Below are positions 9,276 to 18,022 of a stretch of 64,000 nt of DNA, one piece after another; position 1 is the first letter of the stretch, and every line of letters begins with the position of its first letter. The notes below the pieces were generated by a model that did no database searches, was not told the DNA's origin, and saw only the letters and a list, made by a program, of their open reading frames with translations. Both the position numbers and the translations under genes were made by a program. This DNA is from Limisphaerales bacterium (lineage in GTDB: Bacteria > Verrucomicrobiota > Verrucomicrobiia > Limisphaerales > JAEYXS01), in the NCBI GenBank assembly GCA_965283725.1, contig CBDIPT010000002.1, forward strand, positions 537,354 through 601,353, written 5' to 3'.

Positions 9276-10775
9276 TCAACGGGAGGCAGCCGTATGCTTC
9301 AGCACAAAATCCACGATCGGCTTCGGATCATCCAGACCATGCACATGCCCGATGCCTGGTTTGTGGATGACCTGAATTGAGCCGCCCAATTCCTTATAGC
9401 GCTTTTCCATGATCGCCGTATTCTCTTCGACCGGCACCACCTCGTCCGCGTCTCCGACCACATGCAGGAGCGGCACCTTGGCTTTGGCGAGCGGGGCGAG
9501 GTTGTCGATCGGGTTCTTCTTCCACGCGAGTGCTTCGGCTTCATCCTTGAACTCATACATCTTCAGCACGAGTTCCCAATCTTTCGGGCTGCCTTTGGAG
9601 CGTCCTTTGCCCCCGGGCCAGCTCTTGAAGTCGCACACGGGCGCATCCGCATAGATACATGCCACCTTGTCCGGGTTCGCTTGGGCCCATGCATAGATGT
9701 AAAGCCCGCCGCGGCTCATGCCCTCCAGTGCGGGTTTGGCGTTGAAATGATGGATCGTTGTGAGATACGCGTAGAACTTGTTCCAGACTTCTACGGCAGC
9801 GGGACTGCCGATAAGCTCCGGCGCATCAATGTAAACAAGGTGGAATCCCTGTGCTAGTAAGGCTGTATCCACTTCCGGCCGATGCGCCCAGAAACGGGCC
9901 CGCCAGATCCACGGCCGTCCGGCCGCTTCCGTTTTTGGCCGCACGATGTAAGCCTTGCGCTTATCGAACTCGATCTCGTGCAGTTCAAAGCCCCTCCAAT
10001 CGGAGATTTTACCCGGGATAAGCTCTTTGCCGGTGAGCGGAGCAGGGGAAGTGGTCTTCAATTCCTTGCGCAAGGCGGGAACCGTATTCGTTAACTCACT
10101 GACCACCAGCTCCGCCATCAGTCGTGCGCCCTTCGCGGAGAAGTGAGTGCGATCCGTCGGGGCATTGCTGAGGTCCGCGCTGCCCGCATCACCTAATTTC
10201 GCGAAGACCTTGCCGCTGGCCGTGTGCAAGTCCACGAGTGTAACCTTCTTTTCCGCTGCGACCGCTTTCATGGCGTCCGCATAGGGCTTGAGGATGTCAT
10301 TCAAGGAACCGTCCGAATTGAATGTGCGCCGGTGCATCGGCGTGACGAGCACTGGTTCTGCTCCGAGCGCGCGGGATTCATCGATGTAGCGCCGCAGGAA
10401 ATCGCGATAATTCCCGTCCGCATCCGTGGCCTCCGGCTTCTCCTTGGCGTGCGAATCATTGTGACCGAACTGGATCAGCACGATGTTCGGCTTCAACGCC
10501 TTCGTCTTTTCCCATAAGCCTTCGGCGATGAAGCTCTTGGTGCTGCGCCCGCTCTTGGCCACGTTGGTGAATTGCAGCGAGCTGTTGAACCAATCTGGCA
10601 GGTAATGCCCCCAGCCGCGCACGATGGAATTCTCCGGATATTCGCAAACGGTGGAATCACCGAGGATGGCGATCTTTACGGTGGCGCTTTGACTTTCCGC
10701 CGCAGTCAGGCCATTTGCCCAAAGCAAGCCGCCGATCAAAGCCAGGAATAGAGAACGTGTCTTCATGGGAATCAT
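9276..10775 (-). CDS. secreted two-domain esterase: SGNH/GDSL (rhamnogalacturonan-acetylesterase-like) domain plus alpha/beta-hydrolase domain
   Basis: Signal peptide. ILGDSTV...GWG...FGHND are SGNH blocks. The C-terminal half has GMSRGG (GxSxG) and a GDADEVV...GHVHG triad context. Confidence 0.75.
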   Translation of the reverse strand: MIPMKTRSLFLALIGGLLWANGLTAAESQSATVKIAILGDSTVCEYPENSIVRGWGHYLPDWFNSSLQFTNVAKSGRSTKSFIAEGLWEKTKALKPNIVLIQFGHNDSHAKEKPEATDADGNYRDFLRRYIDESRALGAEPVLVTPMHRRTFNSDGSLNDILKPYADAMKAVAAEKKVTLVDLHTASGKVFAKLGDAGSADLSNAPTDRTHFSAKGARLMAELVVSELTNTVPALRKELKTTSPAPLTGKELIPGKISDWRGFELHEIEFDKRKAYIVRPKTEAAGRPWIWRARFWAHRPEVDTALLAQGFHLVYIDAPELIGSPAAVEVWNKFYAYLTTIHHFNAKPALEGMSRGGLYIYAWAQANPDKVACIYADAPVCDFKSWPGGKGRSKGSPKDWELVLKMYEFKDEAEALAWKKNPIDNLAPLAKAKVPLLHVVGDADEVVPVEENTAIMEKRYKELGGSIQVIHKPGIGHVHGLDDPKPIVDFVLKHTAASR

Positions 10776-10866
10776 GCTGTGCGAACGATGGTTTCCCGCT
10801 CGCGCTCACAAGTCAAAACGATAAGCTGCCAGCCACGGACGGAAAGTAACCGGGCAATGATGTGCT

Positions 10867-12147
10867 ATGGATGAAGTGATGCAGGCAAAAGGCTGGCTCC
10901 TCGGTGTGATGCTGGCTTGTGCGCTCGCCGCCGGTTGGACCGGTTGGCGCTGGGGCGCGCGGCTTTTCCCGTCACCTGCATGGCGGACTTGGGGGCGTGT
11001 CTTTCTCGGTGGCCTCTTGTTGCTCATCAGTTTCGATGCCTTGCGTGAGGTGATGGCTTCGCCCAGCAACAATTGGAACGGTCCACGTCTCACGCCTTCG
11101 TTCACGCTCGTCAGTTCTTATCATTCTTACTACGGCTCCGATGCCGGACCGGTGTCGGGCAATATCTATGGGCCCGGTTTGGCCATCGCTTACTTGCCTT
11201 GTGTGTTGTGTTCCAGCCCGGAGTCGGCCATCCGCTGGGGCGGAGTGCTGAGCGCCTTGTGGTTGTTTCTGCCGGCGATGCTGCTTTTGCGACGCTTTAC
11301 GAACACGCAAGTGAACGAAACGGGCCGTTGGCTTCTGCTGGCGTTGGGATTCTATTGGCTGGTGACGAATCCCTTCTGGCTGCGGCAAGTCGCCTTCAAT
11401 GTGCACGCGGATGCGCCCGCCATCGGCTTAGGTCTGTGCGCCTGTTTGTTTGCGTTGCGGCTGGCGGAGAACGGCCGGACTTCGGACCTGATTCTTACGG
11501 CGCTCTTCACCCACGCCAGTGTGGCGACCAAACAAACTCTGCTGCCGTTGCTCGTGGTCATACCGGTATGGTTGTGGTTGCGTGGTCAGCGACCGCTAGC
11601 ATTGAAGCTGCTTTGCGTCAGTGCTGTCACCGGGGCGGCGTTGTGGCTCGTGATTGCGCTGGCTTATGGCTGGTCCGCTGTGTGGTTCAATCTCGTTTAC
11701 ATTCCCGGTCATCATCCTTGGTACGAGACGGTGGGGCGTGTCTCGGGAGTGGCGAACGTGACCACGGCACATCGCATCGCGGTCTTGGGCGAAGCGTTCA
11801 TCGATTATGTCCTGTCCAATGGCTGGCTCTGGCTGGTGCTTTTCTTGGCGGCGATTTTTGGCCGCAAACATCTCTCGCTACGGCGACCCGATTTCAAATC
11901 ACCTAGTTCACTGCTCTTCCTCGCCGGTCTGCTGCTCGTTCCCATGTCTCTGTTAGGCCGGGTCAAAGTGGGGGGAGATTATAACGCCTTCAGTTATTCC
12001 GCGGTGTTTCTGTCGCTCGCCACTGTGATGCTTTTGTATTCAGCCATTTCTCGATTTACTCCGACCTTTAGCCTCTCGCTCTCGCCCAGTTCACATCGGT
12101 TGATTTTGGTCGCGACGGTTTCGGTCTTCGCTCTCAGCCCTGGTTAA
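10867..12147 (+). CDS. polytopic membrane protein (ArnT/PMT-like glycosyltransferase architecture suspected, function not established)
   Basis: 426-aa ORF with many hydrophobic spans. No catalytic motif that I can name with confidence. Confidence 0.6.
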   Translation: MDEVMQAKGWLLGVMLACALAAGWTGWRWGARLFPSPAWRTWGRVFLGGLLLLISFDALREVMASPSNNWNGPRLTPSFTLVSSYHSYYGSDAGPVSGNIYGPGLAIAYLPCVLCSSPESAIRWGGVLSALWLFLPAMLLLRRFTNTQVNETGRWLLLALGFYWLVTNPFWLRQVAFNVHADAPAIGLGLCACLFALRLAENGRTSDLILTALFTHASVATKQTLLPLLVVIPVWLWLRGQRPLALKLLCVSAVTGAALWLVIALAYGWSAVWFNLVYIPGHHPWYETVGRVSGVANVTTAHRIAVLGEAFIDYVLSNGWLWLVLFLAAIFGRKHLSLRRPDFKSPSSLLFLAGLLLVPMSLLGRVKVGGDYNAFSYSAVFLSLATVMLLYSAISRFTPTFSLSLSPSSHRLILVATVSVFALSPG

Positions 12148-12160
12148 TGGGGCGCGCAGT

Positions 12161-12508
12161 TTGCTGGCGACGGAGCGTGAAACGGTGTGTCGCGAACAAC
12201 AGGCTTTTGAGATCATGCGGAGCAGACCAGAGACGGTTTACTTTCCTTGGCAACCGCTGGCCGGGCTGATGGCGGAGGGCAAGCTCTATCACTTCTCCTA
12301 CGGCGTGTATGATCGTTGGTTGGCGGGGCGTCCGTTATCTCTGGAACATTTCCAAGCGCACTTGCCCGCGCGCATGGCAGCGGTTGGGGTGATGAAGGGC
12401 AGCAGCATCGGCTACCTGCGGATGGCGTATCTTACTAATTACGCCCCCGCCGAGATCCGCGCAGAAATGTATCTCCTCAAGCCTGTGCCGGCCCAAGCAC
12501 GGCCTTGA
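12161..12508 (+). CDS. hypothetical protein, probably the frame-displaced C-terminal soluble domain of the preceding membrane protein
   Basis: Its frame stays open upstream to at least 12122 (...RSSLSALVNGARSLLATERE...) and overlaps the end of 10867-12147. Confidence 0.5.
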   Translation: MLATERETVCREQQAFEIMRSRPETVYFPWQPLAGLMAEGKLYHFSYGVYDRWLAGRPLSLEHFQAHLPARMAAVGVMKGSSIGYLRMAYLTNYAPAEIRAEMYLLKPVPAQARP

Positions 12509-12519
12509 TCCGGTCCAGC

Positions 12520-13857
12520 CTACGTCTGTATGCCGTATTGCTTGATCTTGTTATAGAGCGTTTGCCGGCCGATACCGAGGCGCTTGGCTGTTTCCAGCTT
12601 GTTGCCGCCGGTTTCCTTGAGCATCTGGATGATCGCGTTGCGTTCGATGCCTTCCATCAACGTCAGGCTGCTTTGCTCGGCGGGGATCGAAGTTTCCGTG
12701 ATGCTCAGGTCCAGGTTGGAGATCTGGCGGCTGTCGCACATCAACACCGCGCGTTGCACTTCATTCTGCAACTGGCGAACGTTGCCCGGCCAATCGTGAT
12801 TGCGCAGGAGATCGCCCGCTTCCGGCGTGAATCCAATGATGCTGCGTGCTGCTTGGGCGGCGAAACGTTTCAAGAACGCCTCGGCCAAGGGCAGGATGTC
12901 CTCGCGGCGTTCGCGCAAAGGCGGCAGGGAAATGGAGATCGCGCCGACGCGGTAATATAGGTCCTCGCGCAGTTTGCCTTCCTTGATGGCCTCTTCCACC
13001 GGGCGGTTCGTTGCGGCGATGATGCGGCAGTTCGTCTTGTAGCTCACGCGTCCGCCCACCGGCCGGACCTCTTGCTCCTGCAACACGCGCAGCAACTTGC
13101 TCTGCGTATCGATGGGCATCTCGGAGATCTCGTCGAGGAACAGCGTGCCGCCGTCGGCTTCGCGGAACAAACCGGTGCGGTCCGCGTGCGCGCCGGTGAA
13201 GGCGCCTTTCACGGAGCCGAACAATTCGCTCTCGATCAACTCGCGCGGCAACGCGGCGCAGTTGACCTTGATCAACGGGCCGGAGGCGCGATTGCTCAAA
13301 GAATGGAGCAGGTCGGCGATGACTTCCTTGCCGGTGCCGCTCTCGCCGCACAGGAGCACGGAGACATCCGTGGGGGCGACTCGTTCCACCGTGCGCAGCA
13401 CATTCTTCATCGAAGCACTGCGGAAGACCGGGGAGCTGCCGCCGCTGATATTGGAGAGCGTGCGGCGCAAGGTGCTGGCCTGTTCGGTCAGCTTCTTGTG
13501 CTCGAGCGCCTTCTCGATGGAATGGACGAGCGATTCGTGATCGAACGGCTTTTTCTGAAAATCGTAAGCGCCCAGTTTCGTCGCCGAAACGGCGGCATCC
13601 AACGAGGCGTGACCGGTCAGCACGATGACCTCCGTGCCGGGCCATGATTTTTTGATGACGGGCAGGAGTTCCAGCCCATCCGCATCGGCCAGCTTCAAAT
13701 CCAGCAGGACGACGTCCGGTTCCTGGCCAGTCAGAGCCTGCCGCAAGGCGGAGCCGCTGGGCAGGGAGGTGGCACGGTAGCCGTGCGTCGAAAGGAGGTT
13801 TTGGAGCAGGAGACAAAGCTCCTGCTGGTCATCAACGATCAATATTCTCGCGCTCAT
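12520..13857 (-). CDS. sigma-54-dependent response regulator (NtrC family: receiver + AAA+ + Fis-type HTH)
   Basis: Receiver ILIVDDQ...DVVLLDLKL. AAA+ strings GESGTGKEV and GAFTGA, and ESELFG. C-terminal HTH ...AKRLGIGRQTLYNKIKQYGI. Confidence 0.9.
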   Translation of the reverse strand: MSARILIVDDQQELCLLLQNLLSTHGYRATSLPSGSALRQALTGQEPDVVLLDLKLADADGLELLPVIKKSWPGTEVIVLTGHASLDAAVSATKLGAYDFQKKPFDHESLVHSIEKALEHKKLTEQASTLRRTLSNISGGSSPVFRSASMKNVLRTVERVAPTDVSVLLCGESGTGKEVIADLLHSLSNRASGPLIKVNCAALPRELIESELFGSVKGAFTGAHADRTGLFREADGGTLFLDEISEMPIDTQSKLLRVLQEQEVRPVGGRVSYKTNCRIIAATNRPVEEAIKEGKLREDLYYRVGAISISLPPLRERREDILPLAEAFLKRFAAQAARSIIGFTPEAGDLLRNHDWPGNVRQLQNEVQRAVLMCDSRQISNLDLSITETSIPAEQSSLTLMEGIERNAIIQMLKETGGNKLETAKRLGIGRQTLYNKIKQYGIQT

Positions 13858-14618
13858 TTTCTCCGGTCTTTATCCACCGCACACGCAGTGACGAAACTTT
13901 GAAACAACTTTAAGTGTTCCGGATGGCGATCAAACAATCTCTCTGGGTGCGCCTGCACCGTTAATAAATACGGCAGGGCCTCAGCTTCTTGGTCGCTGAG
14001 TTCCAGTGCCTCGATCACCCCGTCTGCCGTGCGCCCGCTAACTTTTAACGGCTTGGCCACCCGGCCAACGGACTGGTGATGAGAACTGTTCGCGCCCAGT
14101 TTCGTATTTCCTACAATTCTTGCAAGCAGCGATTCTGGTGCCAATTGCACGTCGTGGACCAATTCAAACCGTGCATCAGAGCGATTATGCTCCAGAGCCC
14201 CCGGTATTTTCTGGGGGATATCCACGATCAAAGTCCCGCCTAGGGCCACATTCAGCACCTGATGCCCACGGCAGATGCCGAAGATGGGCTTTTGCTGGCG
14301 AAAGATCTCCTCGATCAGCAGGAACTCCTGCAAATCCCGCTCTGGATCGGCCAGACAAACCGTCTTTTCCAGCTCCGGCGTGAGCTTAGCCCCGTAAATG
14401 GAAGGGTTTATGTCGTCCCCGCCCGTCAGCATCAAGCCATCCGCCCGTGCGATATACTCGGCCGCCAGCTCCGGGGCGGTGAAACGCGGCATCACCCACG
14501 GCAACCCGCCGGCCGCCAGGATGGCGTTATAATAATTCTGCGCCACCGCGATCTCGGCATCATACAGTTCCTGCCCTTTGGCATATTTGCTGGGGTTGAT
14601 GAGGATCAGCGGGCGCAT
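13854..14618 (-). CDS. class I glutamine amidotransferase / gamma-glutamyl-GABA hydrolase-like (peptidase C26)
   Basis: GICRGHQVLNVALGGTL nucleophile elbow and the ...SSHHQS... motif. Its stop overlaps the regulator start by 4 nt. Confidence 0.8.
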   Translation of the reverse strand: MRPLILINPSKYAKGQELYDAEIAVAQNYYNAILAAGGLPWVMPRFTAPELAAEYIARADGLMLTGGDDINPSIYGAKLTPELEKTVCLADPERDLQEFLLIEEIFRQQKPIFGICRGHQVLNVALGGTLIVDIPQKIPGALEHNRSDARFELVHDVQLAPESLLARIVGNTKLGANSSHHQSVGRVAKPLKVSGRTADGVIEALELSDQEAEALPYLLTVQAHPERLFDRHPEHLKLFQSFVTACAVDKDRRK

Positions 14619-14620
14619 CG

Positions 14621-14899
14621 TCAGCCTTTCGGAATCTTGGCTTCGGGGTACTGTTCTTTGATCAGCCGTTTCACCTGATGTTCGTCCTCAGGTTGCAACA
14701 GCCGGCGGTTGATGCGGCGGCGGATGCCATCCAACAGCTCGAACCAGTCTTCCAACGCCGGTTCGGCGATGGCCTGCCACACGTCATTGCGGCGCTCCCG
14801 CTCGTAGAAGAGCCACTTGTCACCGGTGTGCTTCACGTAAACCTCGCGCTTCACACCCTCTTCGTTCCGGCCCTTCCAGCTGATTTCTGCTCTGCCCAT
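14621..14899 (-). CDS. hypothetical small protein
   Basis: 92-aa ORF packed between ispF and the amidotransferase gene with 1-2 nt gaps. No motif recognised. Confidence 0.55.
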   Translation of the reverse strand: MGRAEISWKGRNEEGVKREVYVKHTGDKWLFYERERRNDVWQAIAEPALEDWFELLDGIRRRINRRLLQPEDEHQVKRLIKEQYPEAKIPKG

Positions 14900-14900
14900 A

Positions 14901-15407
14901 TTATTCAGGTAAATCTACGGCCGCGACGGCCATGGCGGCGATGCCTTCTTCCCGGCCGATGAACCCCATGTGTTCATTCGTGGTCGCCTTCAAGCCGATT
15001 TTCTTCGGTTCCATGCCCAAAGCGGCGGCGATATGCAGCTTCATCGCGGGGAAATGTGGCCCCAGCTTCGGTGCCTGCGCGATCAGCGAGGCATCGATAT
15101 CGATGATGCGCCCGCCGCGCAACTTCACCTGCCGCGCCGCTTCCTCGAGGAAGATCCGGCTCGGCGCACCCTTCCAGCGCGGGTCCGTGTTCGGGAAGAA
15201 CTGCCCGATGTCCCCTTCGCCCAGCGCACCCAACACCGCATCACAGATGGCGTGCATCAAGGCATCGGCATCCGAATGCCCGTCCAAACCCTTCGTGTGC
15301 GGGATATCCACCCCGCCGAGGATCAGTTTGCGCCCTGCCACCAGTTGATGCACATCGTAACCAGTACCCACATGAATCATGCCGCTAATTTGGAGCCCAT
15401 ACGCCAT
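14901..15407 (-). CDS. ispF: 2-C-methyl-D-erythritol 2,4-cyclodiphosphate synthase
   Basis: GTGYDVHQL...GGVDIPHTKGLDGHSDADALMHAICDAVLGA is the canonical IspF zinc/substrate motif set. Confidence 0.92.
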   Translation of the reverse strand: MAYGLQISGMIHVGTGYDVHQLVAGRKLILGGVDIPHTKGLDGHSDADALMHAICDAVLGALGEGDIGQFFPNTDPRWKGAPSRIFLEEAARQVKLRGGRIIDIDASLIAQAPKLGPHFPAMKLHIAAALGMEPKKIGLKATTNEHMGFIGREEGIAAMAVAAVDLPE

Positions 15408-15431
15408 TACCGCAAGCTGTAACCTTTATTC

Positions 15432-15458
15432 GTAGCCGCCGAGGTAACGAGGCGGAAC
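15432..15458. repeat. 27-nt intergenic repeat family R1 (GTAGCYGCCGASGTRASGAGGCRGAAC)
   Basis: gtagccgccgaggtaacgaggcggaac. Related copies at 23943-23980, 24016-24043, 35846-35872 and 36345-36371, plus an inverted copy at 36391-36417. Confidence 0.8.
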
Positions 15459-15724
15459 TAACTAAGGCCCACCATCGTCCTGAACTCCGCGCCGTCAGGT
15501 CGGGGCGTGCTCGTCGTCGTCCTTCGTCCTCGAATCAAGCCGAGCGCCGGTCTCCGACCCGGCGAGTCACTTTATAACGGGAGGGACCGCGTACCGCGGT
15601 CCCATGCCAATCCTTTCCCGTTTGACGAAACACCGGCACCGGCGTAACTAAAAACCCATGAATAAGGACGTTTTTTCATCAATTGCGGGCGGAAGCCATT
15701 ACCCAACAGAGCCGACTTTTTGTG

Positions 15725-15743
15725 GTCTAACAATCTGTTAGGC
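15725..15743 (+). repeat. minimal palindromic core site gtctaac-aatct-gttaggc (possible collapsed attC or array boundary)
   Basis: GTCTAAC fits RYYYAAC and GTTAGGC fits GTTRRRY. They are 5 nt apart, 9 nt upstream of the GTG start at 15753. Confidence 0.4.
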
Positions 15744-15752
15744 CCTAATACA

Positions 15753-16196
15753 GTGAAAACCATCAGCTACGATATTGATTCCCTAGCGGTTCCGGTCTCG
15801 TCGTTAGCAGTAGTCCCAATGAACTTCGGTCAGCCACGTCTTTGGGAAGGGCGTGCGACAAGTCGCTACGTGTTACAAGTGCCAGTTGATGAGATTTACC
15901 AGATACTGTCTAAAAGCTATGCCGATTATCTAGACGACGCGCTTCGATATCCTGATCCGGATTGTCAATTGGATCAGTCCTTGTCTCGTTTGAGTTGGCC
16001 ACCGCTTGAGAAGCTTGCCGCTCAGGCCCCGGACACGTTTCAAGAGTTGATGGCATTCTATGACTACGACATTTTGCTTTCGATCGAGTCGCGACATTCT
16101 TCCCGTTCGTTTACTCACGTGATTGTTTGTGTAGACGAAGTCGTTTACAGGGATGAATGCGTTCGGTTGGCTGGTATTGTTGTTCCATTGAGATGA
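15753..16196 (+). CDS. hypothetical protein (cassette-like ORF)
   Basis: The ORF-track frame 15720-16196 is trimmed to the GTG at 15753 just after the GTTAGGC core (VKTISYDIDS...). No motif recognised. Confidence 0.55.
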   Translation: MKTISYDIDSLAVPVSSLAVVPMNFGQPRLWEGRATSRYVLQVPVDEIYQILSKSYADYLDDALRYPDPDCQLDQSLSRLSWPPLEKLAAQAPDTFQELMAFYDYDILLSIESRHSSRSFTHVIVCVDEVVYRDECVRLAGIVVPLR

Positions 16197-16206
16197 TAAA
16201 TTATAG

Positions 16207-16314
16207 ACCTAACAAATCGCTGTGGCCTACACGGGATGGCGCTGGCAGTTCCGTCCTGCACTGCGGGGTGGTTGAAATCCCAAGTCTGGCATGGCTGGGT
16301 TTGCGGCGTTAGTG
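16207..16314 (+). repeat. attC-like site (acctaac ... gttagtg)
   Basis: R''-like ACCTAACAAATCG begins 10 nt after the stop at 16194-16196. R'-like GCGGCGTTAGTG ends 12 nt before the ATG at 16327. Confidence 0.45.
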
Positions 16315-16326
16315 ATACTCAATGCC

Positions 16327-16623
16327 ATGCATCGGCTTTATCACGACTTCAACAAGCTCTTTCCGGGTAAGGCACCGGGGATGCGTTCTGCGCCACTTAT
16401 ATGCGTGGGCACGCGAGAGGACCTCGAAGCTTTAAACATCACGCTCCAAGACGGTATGGGAGTAATGCTTTATCAGCCGGATGATATTGCGTCTGACGGT
16501 TCGGCTGACTGGTTAGAGGTGCGAGCAACGATCAGGTTTGATCAGGAGGCCCAGTGCTTTATGGGTGACTTTATCTGGGACGAGTTGAAATATCGCTCCG
16601 AGGCTCAAGCAGAGAGGAAATGA
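16327..16623 (+). CDS. hypothetical protein (cassette-like ORF)
   Basis: Frame of ORF 16291-16623. The internal ATG at 16327 (MHRLYHDFNKLF...) lies just past the GTTAG core. Confidence 0.55.
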   Translation: MHRLYHDFNKLFPGKAPGMRSAPLICVGTREDLEALNITLQDGMGVMLYQPDDIASDGSADWLEVRATIRFDQEAQCFMGDFIWDELKYRSEAQAERK

Positions 16624-16627
16624 AGCC

Positions 16628-16706
16628 GCCTGACCACACGCTGCAGCGAACCCGGCGTGAGCGTCGTGTTTGCAGTTCATGTGTCTCGAGTGCCGGATCG
16701 CTAAGC
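16628..16706 (+). repeat. degenerate attC-like site (gcctgac ... gctaagc)
   Basis: Its start GCCGCCTGACCACAC is homologous to the start of the 25008 site (GCCGCCTAACCACAC). The 3' core is degenerate. Confidence 0.3.
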
Positions 16707-17020
16707 GGTTTTGTGTGATTACCAGCTTCAAGAGATCGACATCGACAGTTCGTCGTGCTGTTTTGCTAACGGCGTTGGCCTTGGTTTCGTTCGCCATTCC
16801 GATAATCTGGACTTTCGTGTTCCGACTTTACGCGCAAGGATTCGGATTGTTTGTCGTGTTATACTTCATCTTCGCCATCCCAGCAACAGTCGTATCGATC
16901 ATTGCGAGCCGACGGCGGGAGTGGCAGCACCCAGACGGAGGCAAGCGTTTGCTGCTCGCATTTTACAGCTCACCCATTATCATGATTTTATTGTTGGCAG
17001 GATGGGCTTTGAGGAGGTGA
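16670..17020 (+). CDS. small hydrophobic membrane protein, hypothetical
   Basis: Three hydrophobic spans (LLTALALVSFAIPIIWTFVF, FGLFVVLYFIFAIPATVVSIIA, LLLAFYSSPIIMILLLAGWAL). The true start is uncertain and may be the TTG inside the ORF. Confidence 0.5.
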   Translation: MQFMCLECRIAKRFCVITSFKRSTSTVRRAVLLTALALVSFAIPIIWTFVFRLYAQGFGLFVVLYFIFAIPATVVSIIASRRREWQHPDGGKRLLLAFYSSPIIMILLLAGWALRR

Positions 17021-17094
17021 GTGTTTTGCCATCAAACATTTGCGACAATCCCTTACATTCAAGACATTAAATTCTCAAACGGCTGCCGGATAAC

Positions 17095-17595
17095 ATGACG
17101 TTCCCCACGACCCAATTCACCTACCGCGTGACCAGCGCCGAGAGCCTGGACGCCATCCGCCCGCTGTGGGAACAGCTCCGGGCTTATCATGGGCAACTAG
17201 CCTCGCCTTTCGCCGATGAGATGGGGCGTGTTACATTCGAGGCGCGCAAACAGGAACTGCTCACCAAATCCACCAATGGGACGCTGCAGATCGAATTAGT
17301 CAGCACGGCTTCAGATGCAATAGACATCGCCTACTGTGTCAGCACCGTCTCGGCAGGAGGGCGAGGGGAGATTGATTCGCTCTTTGTGGATGCCCGTTTT
17401 CGCGGGCAAGGGATTGGCAGCGAACTCATTCGTCATGCGTTGACTTGGCTGGATGGCATGGGCGCGATGACAAAGGTCGTGTCCGTTGCCTATGCCAATG
17501 AAGAGGCGCTCGCGCTTTACCGCCGTTTTGGTTTTCAACCCCGCACGGTTTTGCTGCAACAGCTGCAGAAAGGCGGACAAACCGTTACGCAATGA
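17095..17595 (+). CDS. GNAT family N-acetyltransferase
   Basis: 166-aa ORF with the acetyl-CoA motif A: FVDARFRGQGIGSELIRHALTWL. Confidence 0.8.
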   Translation: MTFPTTQFTYRVTSAESLDAIRPLWEQLRAYHGQLASPFADEMGRVTFEARKQELLTKSTNGTLQIELVSTASDAIDIAYCVSTVSAGGRGEIDSLFVDARFRGQGIGSELIRHALTWLDGMGAMTKVVSVAYANEEALALYRRFGFQPRTVLLQQLQKGGQTVTQ

Positions 17596-17629
17596 AACCT
17601 AAAGGTATCTTAAATCTAGGGCGTGCTTT

Positions 17630-17909
17630 ATGAGAGCTTTAGCGCGCATATTGGTGGTGATTGGAATACTGAATTTCGCCAGTTTTTGGATAATTAGTTT
17701 GCTCCTTGGTGGAGATGCCACAGGCACCAAGATAGTCGATGGGAAGTATTTTGTCTCCGAGCATGGTCGTCAGAGAGGTGTCGCGTGCCTTCTATGAGTA
17801 TAGTCTGTTTCATACTCGTTCTGTCTGGGTTACCCATCCGTTGGCGTTGATTGGTGTTTGTCTTTTGCTGCAAGAGAATCAAGGACAGAAAACCAAACCT
17901 GCGGCATAG
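17630..17909 (+). pseudogene. small membrane protein gene split by a frame change near 17770-17780
   Basis: ATG 17630 gives MRALARILVVIGILNFASFWIISLLLGGDATGTKIVDGKYFVSEHGRQ..., with a stop at 17795-17797. The +1 frame continues [32 protein letters not shown] to a stop at 17907-17909. Confidence 0.35.
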
Positions 17910-18022
17910 CTATTTGCTGTGGTGATTACCGGTTGTCGAAGTCTCCATCTTTCGTCTCTCCCGCCATTGACTTGAGGGCTTCTTCATCCATAGTAACCCC
18001 CACTTTAAATTTGGAGAAAATT

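Larger units (their letters stand above)
15725..17020 (+). mobile_element. integron-cassette-like array 1 (attC-like sites separating small same-strand ORFs; no integrase recognised)
   Basis: RYYYAAC cores lie 4-10 nt after stop codons. GTTAG-type cores lie 9-12 nt before the next start codon. Confidence 0.4.
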
